NCBI RefSeq assembly: GCF_030684315.1
Contig: NC_081371.1
Span: 31,119,440-31,183,439 of the forward strand
DNA length: 64,000 bases
Direction: 5' to 3'
Source of the DNA: Stegostoma tigrinum
Lineage: Eukaryota
In this document: positions 58,001-64,000 of the stretch, one piece after another
How the letters are laid out: each line of letters opens with the position of its first letter
How positions within the stretch are numbered: position 1 is the stretch's first letter
Program-made: the position numbers and the translations under genes
The notes under the pieces: model-generated
What the model was told of the DNA's origin: nothing
What the model saw: the letters and a program-made list of their open reading frames with translations, nothing else
Database searches by the model: none

Positions 58001-60558
58001 ACTGTGGAACTGAGAGCAATGTAGCTCAACAAAAGTTTGCAGAACTTTCAATGGGATAGCATATAGATAGGAAATGTTCAGCTAAGCTCAGGCTTATGGA
58101 TGCCAGATTATGAAATGTTGGAGTACTGCCAGTACCTGACAAATGACGTGACAAAAGATTTTCAAACAGTTCTGACTTCACACTGTTCTTGCTCCGAACT
58201 GAAAGTGGCACTAACTGAGCAAACCTGACAGAAGGTATTTTGCTTGTGATTTTTTTTTTAAAAACTCATTATCACAGGACTTCTGCATTTTGGACCAAGT
58301 GTTAAATCAACACAAGGCTTCAATTAACAAAATAGAAGTTAATGGAGAAACACAGCAGGTCTGGCAGCACCTGTGGGAGGAAAGCAGAGTTAACCTTTTG
58401 GGTCCAGAGACCCTTCTTCAGAACTCAGTTGCTGCCAGACCAGCTGAATTTCTCCAGCAATTTGTTTTTTTTTCAGACTTCCAGCATCCACAGTTCTTTG
58501 TTTTTTGTTTGGTTCAAGAATTTAATACATTTTCCAGTAAAAAGCACCCCACAGCTCTTCCAATATTAATTTTTCACTCAACACCTCTACATCAAGGCAT
58601 TCACTGTGGTGCTTTGGTTTGTACTGAACACATAATAAAATGCTATATACATAGAAGTTTTCTGTTTTTCTCCTACTTGGTGAAGTTTAAATTAAAAAGG
58701 TAATTTTATTCTGCAGACTCAAAAGATTCATTTTGAGGCACTATTCAAGCTCATGAGCGAGTGAAATAAGTTAATTTTAGTTTGCATTAGCCCTTATGGC
58801 ACCTGTATTATTATTCAAAGCACAGTTACAATTAAAGCTGTTCTTTAAAACCTCCCCGGAGAAAGGAAAATCCAGTCAGTAACTTTACCAGATATAAAGG
58901 CCAAGTTAGAAATAATGACATAATGACATAGCCAATTATGTGAGTCAACACTTATGCCAGTAACATTACACAGACATAACGAGATTGGAATAGACATCCT
59001 GTGACCAAAGTGCATGTTTTTGTGAATTTATAAATGGAGAATGTAAATTTTAAGGTTTCCTAATCGTTGATATTACTCATTTAATTTGGTACATTTAGAA
59101 TGACTGACATTTGAAGGCAAAATAAATCTCAAACTGTGAAGCTTGCAAGACTTTACTGAATTAACATCATGTCATTAAAATATGCAGTGAAAAGGATGTT
59201 TTGAAAGGGACCTAGCATATAAAACACAACTTCTGAACATCTCTCTTCAATTCTAAATTGTCAAATCTCATTGCCTTGAACCCAAACTAGCTCAATTCTA
59301 TTCTATCTGCCCCAAAAGGCAGAGCAGAGATAAGCCTGAAGTCTCACTCTTTCCAACACACATGCACAGTGGCAGCAGTGTACCATTTACAAGACACATT
59401 GCAGCAACTCACTAAGGCTATTTTAATGGTGTCTTTCAAATTAGCACCCTCAATACTTGGAAGGGTAGTCAGTATAGACCAAACCTTTCAAGTTCCCTTC
59501 CAAGTTACATTCCAACCTTACTAAGAACTATTTCACTGTCACTGGTTCCACAGCCTTGAACTTCCCTCCCAGCCATACTGTGTGTGCTCATATACCACAA
59601 GGACTGCAGGAATTCAAGGAGGTAGCAAATCACCACATTTTCCCGGGCAATTAGGGATGGGCCCTAAACGCTGACCTTGCCACCGAAGCCCGTATTTTAC
59701 AAACAGGCACTACAAAAGAAAATCACAACATCCTGAAAGCAATATATTCTTCAACAGAAAACATATGAAGAAAAGACAGTCTATTTACACAGCACTTTTT
59801 CATTCCTGGATTGCTCCCAGGTGCTTTACAGCCTATGAACTAATTTGGAAGTATGGTTACTGTTGTAATATGGGAAACACACCATCATGCCATCCATTGT
59901 GTACACAGCAATGTTCCCAAAACATTGGTGAATCTTTTTTTGTTTTAAAGAGGACATTGGTTGAAGGATAAATATTTGTCAGTATACCTCTGTTCTGTAA
60001 AGAGCGCCACGTAATCTTTAATATCCACCTGAAAGGGCAGATCTGAAAAATGGGAAATTTACATTGACAGCTTCCCTCTGTAATGTACTGAAGTGTCAAT
60101 GCTGAGGATGTGCTGAAGGATCAAAAGGCAAAACCTTCAAACTGTCACTGAATAGTATTAAAATGCTAGCTTTTCAATGCCTTACTGTATACATGGTAGA
60201 AATAATTAAAAACTTTAAACCAAGTATGAACACTTGAAGTAAACAATTTTGTATTATCTTTGTCATATTTTGTGTAGCATAAAATACCCTGGAACAAAGC
60301 ATATTGTTTTAAAATGCAGATAAATTATCTCGAAGACCTCGTGATTGACGAAAGCCAATTTGTGGAGACAGAAAATGAAGTGCAACAATTCCCAGAATTG
60401 ATGTATAACAGCTTCATTGCTGCCCAACCTACCTGGCATTATTATATCTGAAAAGCCCAATTTTCTGGTGATAGCCACACCTCTTGTGAACAATACCGGG
60501 TACTCTCTCCGGATCTGATCAATATCTCCATGTAGCAGCTGTAGTGCAACTGACAAAC
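3963..60558 (-). CDS. DOCK4: DOCK4 (dedicator of cytokinesis 4, Rac GEF), internal part: 13 coding exons; gene extends beyond both window edges
   Basis: The spliced exons give an uninterrupted frame of 1667 nt (2 nt + 555 codons). Every intron is GT-AG and phases match. The peptide matches recalled DOCK4 motifs ([75 protein letters not shown]) better than DOCK3. Confidence 0.93.
6350..6680 (+). mobile_element. CR1 LINE 3' end
   Basis: aactagagggcagagatttaaggtgagggg...ttttcacacagaggtggta...tail gtatgactctgactctat. Confidence 0.75.
7222..7349 (-). CDS. DOCK4: DOCK4 exon L (128 nt): (D)[42 protein letters not shown]
   Basis: Acceptor ttccag|AT, donor TCT|gtgagt; phase 1 to 0. Confidence 0.95.
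7850..8170 (+). mobile_element. Deu-domain SINE remnant (SacSINE1/AmnSINE1-like)
   Basis: aaaggtcccatgacactatt, ttatccctcaaacaacatcactaaaa and atacttcattggctgt resemble the recalled Deu domain and tail. Confidence 0.65.
9528..10425 (+). mobile_element. Second non-LTR LINE family (CR1/L2 group), 5'-truncated
   Basis: [10 protein letters not shown] and [24 protein letters not shown] remnants. Distinctive tail caccac..ctcaagggcaatta.gga..gg.aataaa. Confidence 0.75.
10604..10752. mobile_element. Decayed inverted pair of PLE-terminus fragments
   Basis: Minus arm (gcagatgctgga...gcatctgt) followed by plus arm (ctctccacagatgctgccagacc). Confidence 0.5.
10876..10972 (-). mobile_element. PLE-terminus fragment with hammerhead-like core
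   Basis: Minus strand reads CTGAAGA-a-gggtc(attg)gatct-GAAA-caat-aactctgctttctctcc. Confidence 0.7.
11236..11330 (-). mobile_element. PLE-terminus fragment with degenerate hammerhead core
   Basis: Minus strand reads agggttactggactt-GAAA-tgtt-aactctg...acagatgctgctagatctgctgagcttttccagca. Confidence 0.65.
11332..12022 (+). mobile_element. CR1 LINE, 5'-truncated
   Basis: [23 protein letters not shown] and LVRLHLEYC remnants; tail ctctatgactctat. Confidence 0.85.
16606..16855 (-). mobile_element. Tandem pair of short tRNA-derived SINE copies; same family as a plus-strand copy at about 9130-9220
   Basis: Minus strand reads ggcctgggttcaagtcccacctgctcc..ctctgaacaggttgattagaaa, compared with ggcccaggttcaagtcccacatgc..ctctgagcaggttgattagaaa at 9148-9214. 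Confidence 0.6.
17300..18715 (+). mobile_element. Two adjacent CR1 LINE 3' fragments (about 17300-17825 and 17845-18715)
   Basis: [26 protein letters not shown] and VRPHLEYCV remnants; two CR1 tails. Confidence 0.8.
18775..18967 (-). CDS. DOCK4: DOCK4 exon K (193 nt): [64 protein letters not shown]
   Basis: Acceptor caccag|GCT, donor CTG|gtaaga; phase 0 to 1. Confidence 0.95.
19180..19650 (+). mobile_element. Highly decayed PLE 3' end (endonuclease C-terminus plus pyrimidine-rich UTR)
   Basis: Remnant peptides [24 protein letters not shown] and LNTKFNNCR resemble the C-terminus of the element at 33016-33780. Confidence 0.5.
19835..20160 (-). mobile_element. CR1 LINE 3' end
   Basis: Reverse-complement tail (ataggagca...ccattcagcccatcgagtctgctcc) and RLFFSEG remnant. 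Confidence 0.7.
20840..21485 (-). mobile_element. Second LINE family, 3' part
   Basis: Reverse complement of the same tail (tttattgctcattcttagttgcctttgagaaggtg) and body as 9528-10425. Confidence 0.7.
22449..22504. repeat. 24-bp tandem repeat, 2.3 copies (cctgcacYggtctcYctgccKgtt)
   Basis: Units start at 22449, 22473 and 22497. Confidence 0.8.
22638..22864 (-). mobile_element. Solo LTR (227 bp)
   Basis: TG...CA termini, 5-bp flanks gcctc / gcatc (4 of 5 identical), and a decayed poly(A)-signal-like aaatata near the minus-strand 3' end. Confidence 0.6.
24620..24838. mobile_element. Fold-back element made of two inverted PLE-type termini (second family), each with a degenerate hammerhead
   Basis: Arms 24620-24703 and 24721-24804 are imperfect reverse complements. 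Cores are ctaacaa-a-ggag(tggcg)ctcc-GAAA-gctt (plus strand) and ctgacca-a-ggagc(agt)gctcc-AAAA-gctt (minus strand). Confidence 0.75.
24880..25050 (-). CDS. DOCK4: DOCK4 exon J (171 nt): [57 protein letters not shown]
   Basis: Acceptor ttatag|GCA, donor CAG|gtcagc; phase 0 to 0. Confidence 0.94.
25490..25700 (+). mobile_element. Unclassified SINE-like repeat
   Basis: B-box-like ttcaattcc followed by ctcagggttaaaccac; weakly similar to 2510-2655. Confidence 0.35.
27341..27422 (-). CDS. DOCK4: DOCK4 exon I (82 nt): [27 protein letters not shown]
   Basis: Acceptor ttacag|G, donor AGG|gtaagt; phase 2 to 0. Confidence 0.94.
27950..28265 (-). mobile_element. tRNA-derived SINE sharing its 3' tail with the second LINE family
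   Basis: Minus strand has a B-box-like ggttcaaatcc and ends with gggcaattagggatgggcaataaatgctggcc, the same tail as 9528, 49750 and 59360. Confidence 0.65.
29236..29336 (-). CDS. DOCK4: DOCK4 exon H (101 nt): [33 protein letters not shown](R)
   Basis: Acceptor ttgcag|GTT, donor CAG|gtactg; phase 0 to 2. Confidence 0.95.
29447..29549 (-). mobile_element. Decayed PLE-terminus fragment
   Basis: ctggagaaactcaac...cagcatctg..gagagaaacagagtt..tttcaagtccag..gactc; same family as 10876 and 11236. Confidence 0.55.
29907..29990 (-). CDS. DOCK4: DOCK4 exon G (84 nt): [28 protein letters not shown]
   Basis: Acceptor ttctag|TTT, donor TTG|gtgagt; phase 0 to 0; preceded by a 99-nt intron. Confidence 0.95.
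30090..30187 (-). CDS. DOCK4: DOCK4 exon F (98 nt): (G)[32 protein letters not shown]
   Basis: Acceptor tttcag|GA, donor AAG|gtagaa; phase 1 to 0. Confidence 0.95.
31344..31472 (+). mobile_element. Short PLE-terminus insert starting exactly at a hammerhead core
   Basis: CTGAAGA-a-gggt(ctag)gccc-GAAA-catc. TSD aggaaactg(t/c)c at 31333-31343 and 31473-31483. Confidence 0.8.
32334..32487 (-). CDS. DOCK4: DOCK4 exon E (154 nt): [51 protein letters not shown]; end of DHR-1
   Basis: Acceptor ttgcag|TGT, donor ATG|gtagga; phase 0 to 1; contains the conserved CSTKLTQN motif. Confidence 0.95.
33016..33780 (-). mobile_element. Decayed PLE (Neptune-like) 3' part: GIY-YIG remnant plus terminal repeat with degenerate hammerhead
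   Basis: Minus-strand translation gives [40 protein letters not shown] and [24 protein letters not shown]. Terminal motif ctaaaga-agggtcactggatct-gaaa near 33085-33112. Confidence 0.75.
33825..34140 (+). mobile_element. Two tandem PLE terminal-repeat fragments, inverted relative to 33016-33780
   Basis: Repeated tail actctgctttct..gatgctgccag..ttctccag..tttctgtttttg at about 33865-33930 and 34078-34140, with degenerate ctgaag...gaaac cores. Confidence 0.65.
34953..35059 (-). CDS. DOCK4: DOCK4 exon D (107 nt): (T)[35 protein letters not shown]
   Basis: Acceptor ttccag|CA, donor AAG|gtattt; phase 1 to 0. Not in the ORF track; read by hand. Confidence 0.95.
36880..37215 (+). mobile_element. Possible highly decayed PIF/Harbinger transposase remnant
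   Basis: Fragments [38 protein letters not shown] and LCNLAQ occur in the order expected for Harbinger DDE nucleases. Similarity is weak. Confidence 0.35.
37808..37955 (+). mobile_element. Short PLE-terminus insert with a perfect 54-bp 5' inversion (palindrome)
   Basis: Arms 37808-37861 and 37864-37917 are exact reverse complements around a 2-nt loop. TSD tccaaactaacggg at 37795-37808 and 37956-37969. Same family as 31344. Confidence 0.85.
38592..38754 (-). CDS. DOCK4: DOCK4 exon C (163 nt): [54 protein letters not shown]
   Basis: Acceptor tcatag|GAT, donor CCA|gtaagc; phase 0 to 1. Confidence 0.95.
39230..41090 (+). mobile_element. Very old CR1 LINE remnant
   Basis: Decayed RT-region phrases (ggaaattacagactt, gagctttttgaggacttgaca, gatattgatagattgagtgaat) in CR1 order. 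Confidence 0.6.
41140..42410 (+). mobile_element. CR1 LINE, 5'-truncated, RT core
   Basis: [38 protein letters not shown] and [15 protein letters not shown]; CR1 tail. Confidence 0.85.
42411..43290 (-). mobile_element. Old minus-strand CR1 interrupted by a plus-strand CR1 3' fragment (about 42608-42940)
   Basis: Minus-strand CR1 phrases on both sides of a plus-strand ttcttcacccagagagtggtgag...tatgttccta segment. Confidence 0.6.
43602..43726 (-). CDS. DOCK4: DOCK4 exon B (125 nt): [41 protein letters not shown]; start of DHR-1/C2 domain
   Basis: Acceptor ccag|GT, donor AAG|gtaaat; phase 1 to 0. Confidence 0.95.
45814..45942 (-). mobile_element. Short PLE-terminus insert with inverted arm
   Basis: 16-bp TSD tggatcattcaggctg (45798-45813 and 45943-45958). 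Inverted arms at about 45851-45882 and 45907-45938. Confidence 0.85.
46300..47945 (-). mobile_element. CR1 LINE, 5'-truncated, RT domain with frameshifts
   Basis: ORF-track fragments [43 protein letters not shown] and [17 protein letters not shown]. Confidence 0.9.
49061..49431 (+). mobile_element. PLE terminal repeat (pyrimidine-rich UTR plus hammerhead core) preceded by an inverted short arm
   Basis: CTGAAGA-a-gggt(ccct)accc-GAAA-caac at 49340-49367. The arm at 49061-49135 is the reverse complement of the tail. Confidence 0.7.
49750..51529 (+). mobile_element. Second LINE family, internally deleted copy (endonuclease start, RT remnant and tail)
   Basis: [31 protein letters not shown] and [15 protein letters not shown] remnants; tail caaagataaatagggatgtacaataaa. 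Confidence 0.7.
51530..51865 (+). mobile_element. HE1-type V-SINE (tRNA head, V domain, CR1-like tail), full length
   Basis: A box tggctcagcgg, B box ggttcaattcc, V-domain tgtggagtttgcacatt...gtgggtttc...ggtttcc..ccacagtccaaaga, tail gggccgaatgacctgtttccacactgt. Confidence 0.85.
53955..54692 (+). mobile_element. CR1 LINE 3' fragment
   Basis: [11 protein letters not shown] and LVRPDLEY remnants, aggaatttcttctctcagagggtt, CR1 tail. Confidence 0.75.
57000..57470 (-). mobile_element. Decayed CR1 3' fragment
   Basis: Reverse-complement CR1 phrases (ccctcagagaaaccaattct, gtattccagaaatagcctcacca). Confidence 0.55.
58334..58507. mobile_element. Inverted pair of PLE-terminus fragments with a minus-strand hammerhead-like core
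   Basis: Minus strand reads gagtt-CTGAAGA-a-gggtc(tctg)gaccc-AAAA-ggtt-aactc (about 58386-58426), followed by a plus-strand tail gctgccagacc..ttctccagca. Confidence 0.7.
59360..59700 (+). mobile_element. Second LINE family 3' end
   Basis: ttcaaggagg.agc...caccac...gggcaattagggatggg tail. Confidence 0.65.
59770..60115 (-). mobile_element. Deu-domain SINE remnant
   Basis: Reverse complement resembles 7850-8170 (gctttacagcc.atgaa.ta, ggttgaaggataaatatt, atccacctgaaagggcaga). Confidence 0.6.
60433..60558 (-). CDS. DOCK4: DOCK4 exon A (126 nt): (G)[41 protein letters not shown](G)
   Basis: Acceptor ttttttaaag|GT, donor CAG|gtaggt; phase 1 to 1. Confidence 0.93.
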
Positions 60559-61291
60559 CTTTAAAAAAGAAAAGATACATAACATTGAAATATTCCAGAG
60601 GTTGATTTACTCCTTGGAAGAAAATCTTCCACAATAAAACAGTTCAGTGAAAAAAGCACTCTAGAACCTAATGGGCTCACAATGATTTGAGAAAAACAAA
60701 TGGTTCTGCTTGGATTATGCTTCATTTAAGATTATTCTGCACTGGAAATTGGCAGGAGTGGTACATTTAAATTGTACACTTCAATCAGGTACTTATCGCA
60801 TTCCAACATACTACATGTTGTGTACTGCTTCTCTGGTTCCTGATTATGAGGTTAATGACAATTCTTGAGTTTAACTCCTGTTTACAAAACTTAATTACTG
60901 CATTTGATTTTGCTATGAATTATTTACAGTCTCAATTACATTCAAGCTGCACCACGATAGCCACATTTTTTATCTAATCCAATCACATGTCAACAGTGCT
61001 ACTGAAGCACATCACTGTTGATTAAATAAAAATGAGTTCATTTGACGTGAAAGGACCACACCAGACTAAGATGTGCAAGATTTCCCATGAATGGCCATCC
61101 TGCACTGCAATCTCATAGAAGTATTAACTAATATTGCAGAAGCGCAATGAAATACTCCATGTTACAATGAGTCAATTAACATTTTCCAATTTTTTAAATC
61201 TATTCAAAATAACCATGTAATGGCACTTTGGGTAGTGAGCTAGCAATCTGCCCTATGCTGTCCAAGATTTGGTTTAGGTTCTAAGTGCCTC

Positions 61292-61685
61292 ATAGAGTCA
61301 TACAGCACGGCAACAGATCCTTTGCTCCTACTAGTCCTGGCTGAACATAATCCCAAACTAAACTACCCACCAGCCTGCTCCTGGCCCATATCCCTCCAAA
61401 CATTTCCCATTCATGTACTTATCCAAATATCTTTTAAACATTGTAACTGTGCCCACATCCACCACTTCCTCAGGAAATTCATTCCACACACGAACCACAT
61501 TCAAAAAAACGTTGCTCCTCATGTCTTTTATAAATCTCTCTCCTCTCACCTTGAAAATATGACCCTGGGTCTTGAATTCCCCCAACCTAGGGAAAAGACA
61601 CCTACCATTAACCCTATCTATACCCCTCATAGTTTGATAAACTTCAATTAGTTCACCTCTCAACCTCCTAATCTGCAGTGAAAAT
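61292..61685 (-). mobile_element. CR1 LINE 3' end
   Basis: ORF 61358-61702 RRLRGELIEVYQTMRGIDRV...VVRVWNEFPEEVV. Confidence 0.85.
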
Positions 61686-62405
61686 GTGAAATGCTTTTGC
61701 ATTTAAAGTTTGTATGACATGCAAGTCCACTGCACAAAACTGACATTGTCAAATCAATATACACTTATTCAAGAAATTTAAAGACTTTGCCCAAACAAAA
61801 ATCCATTGAATCAAAGAATAGTTGAAAGTTGAAATATAACCATAAATCAATAATAGAAAAACTGAAACAGAAACAAGTACAACACTGTAACAGTTAAATT
61901 CTGCAGTGATCCATATGTAACTTCAAATTATGCAACAGCTACCAGGTAGACAATTCTAACACAAAGTTGGAGCGTTCCTTTTAATCAAAAAGGAGAAGGA
62001 TGGAGACGCAAGTTTCAACAATAACTGATAAATTTGCAGAATTCTAACCTATAAAATTCAGGTACCTGTTCCACCAGAAAAAAGATAAACCAGTCACTAA
62101 AATGGGAATATATATTTTGACGTGACAGTACAATATTAAAGAATACTACAAAATGAGATTAAACTAAAAATTTAGAATAGATTATTGCAACACAGATCCA
62201 AACATCAGACAATACTCATTTCACAATCGTGGACTCTGGCCACTACAGTAGCGATTAACAAATTTCAATTGGAATGAGTCTGAATATTTATACCAGCTAA
62301 TTTGAATTTAATTAAGATAGTTTTCAACTCTGAATTATGAAGTTTTGTACTTTACTTCAAGTACACAATTTATATTGTAAGCCTTTAAAAAGTGCAAACA
62401 ATTGA

Positions 62406-63814
62406 AAGTGAAGATAGAAGAGGATGAAATAATGGTCTCCTTTGACGTAACAGCCCTGTTCACATCCATCAACATCAACCTGGCCAAAGAAACACTGACT
62501 ACACTATTAGAAGAACCGAAGACACATACACCAGACACCACCAACCCCATCAGCAAGGACAACATCATCAAGCTAGTGGACCTATGCCTCACCACCCACT
62601 TCACTTTCAATAACAAAACCTACAGACAAACCGACGGTACACCCATGGGATCTCCGATGTCAGGGTTCTTAGCAGAGGCAGTAATGCAGAGACTCGAACT
62701 AACAGGTCTGCCAATCATCCAACCCAAACTTTGGGTCCGCTATGTGTATGACACCTTTGTCATCACTAAACAAAACAAATTAGAGGAAACCTTCAAGACC
62801 ATCAATAATACCCTTTACTGGCATAACATTCACAAAAGAGGAGGAAAACAACAACAAACTGCCATTCCTAGATGTCACAGTAGAGCGAACAGCCAATGGG
62901 GGACTTCATACCAGCGTCTACAGGAAAACAACACATACGGACCAAATACTGAACTACAGGAGCAACCATCCCAACACCCACAAACGAAGCTGCATTAGAA
63001 CATTATTCCAACCAGCCACCACATACTGCAGCACAAAGGAACTACGCAGAGCAGAGGAAAATCACCTATACAGCGTATTCAGAAAGAATGGGTACCCAAT
63101 GAACACAGTCCACCGATTTCTCAGCAATAAACCCAAACAAACAGACAAAACATGCCCAGAAACCATAACCACTCTCCCCTACATCAAAGACATTTCTGAA
63201 ATGACTGCCAGACTACTCGGACCCCTTGGCATCAGGGTAACCCACAAACCCACCAACACACTAAAACAGCAGCTAATGAACTTAAAAAACCCTACACAGA
63301 CAACAAGCAAAACGAACGTCATCTACAAAATACCTTGCAGGAACTGTGACAAATACTACATTGGACAAACAGGCAGAAAGCTAGCCACCAGGATACATGA
63401 ACATCAACTAGCCACAAAAAAACATGACCCACTATCGCTAGTATCCGTACATACAGATGAGGAAGGACACCACTTTGATTGAGACATCCATCCTAGGACG
63501 AGCCAAAGAGAGACACACATGAGATGGCATTCCAACCGGAACTCCATCAACAAACACATTGATTTGGAGCCCATCTACCACCCTCTGAGAAAAAGAACAG
63601 GAAATGACATCACCAACGAAGGAAATGACATCACCAACTCAAGGAAGCCTAAACAGATCAATAGAAAGGGACATAACACTAGCGCTTCATCGGAGGCTCA
63701 CTGATGATGTTACCTAGAATGGTGACAAAACGTCTGAAAACGAACCTTCCCGCTCAGCGAGCAAACTCACATCCAGAACCTCAATCTGAGCTACAAATCT
63801 TCTCAAAACTCGCT
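62406..63814 (+). mobile_element. Penelope-like retroelement (RT + GIY-YIG endonuclease; probably Poseidon-type), 5'-truncated, inactivated
   Basis: RT motifs MVSFDVTALFTSI, GTPMGSPMS, RYVYDTF (YVDD changed to YVYD) and KLPFLDV. GIY-YIG motif VIYKIPCRNCDKYYIGQTGRKLATRIHEH. Frameshift near 62815 and stop at 63480-63482. Perfect 15-bp TSD agtgcaaacaattga at 62391-62405 and 63815-63829. Confidence 0.93.
63698..63737 (+). ncRNA. Minimal type-I hammerhead ribozyme motif in the PLE 3' terminal repeat; core G12 mutated to A
   Basis: tca-CTGATGA-t-gttacc(tagaat)ggtgac-AAAA-cgtc-tga. Stem I tca/tga, stem II 6 bp, palindromic ACGU stem III, GUC triplet. GAAA appears as AAAA at 63727. Confidence 0.75.
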
Positions 63815-64000
63815 AGTGCAAACAATTGATAAAACATTGTTTTATTTTTCATTTATCCAACAGTTTGGTTTGTGTAAAGTTCTGAGAGTCTATTTAAAAT
63901 ATAGTGAAATTTACAAACAGATCAGCGACACATTTCTTCCCAAGAGGCTAGTAGAACTAGTTGATAAACACTGAGTAATTGAATGGAACATTCTATTAAT

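Noticed and set aside
893-63704. Most ORFs of 60-150 aa in the supplied track; any CRISPR array or prokaryotic operon
   Set aside because: The ORFs are chance frames, exon read-throughs or TE fragments. There is no repeat-spacer array, and the DNA is eukaryotic intronic sequence.
60559-64000. Expected preceding DOCK4 exon
   Set aside because: Not found; it probably lies right of the window.

Overview
AT-rich, repeat-dense vertebrate genomic DNA, most likely from a shark or other elasmobranch (inferred from an HE1-type V-SINE, Deu-domain SINEs and abundant CR1 LINEs). The window lies inside a DOCK4 gene on the minus strand. I reconstructed 13 consecutive coding exons (60558 down to 3963; 1667 nt). 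All have GT-AG introns and compatible phases, and they encode the DHR-1/C2 domain and the following helical region. Neither end of the gene is in the window. The introns hold decayed retroelements: two non-LTR LINE families, SINEs, a solo LTR, and Penelope-like elements (PLEs). One PLE is a young 5'-truncated RT + GIY-YIG copy with a 15-bp target-site duplication (TSD). The most notable signal is a set of about a dozen short PLE-terminus-derived inserts. Most carry decayed minimal hammerhead-ribozyme motifs. Several form fold-back palindromes with clean TSDs, one captured a copy of nearby genomic DNA, and one is only 24 bp long. Family names and homologies come from recalled sequence features, not database searches. 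Repeat boundaries are approximate unless a TSD is given.
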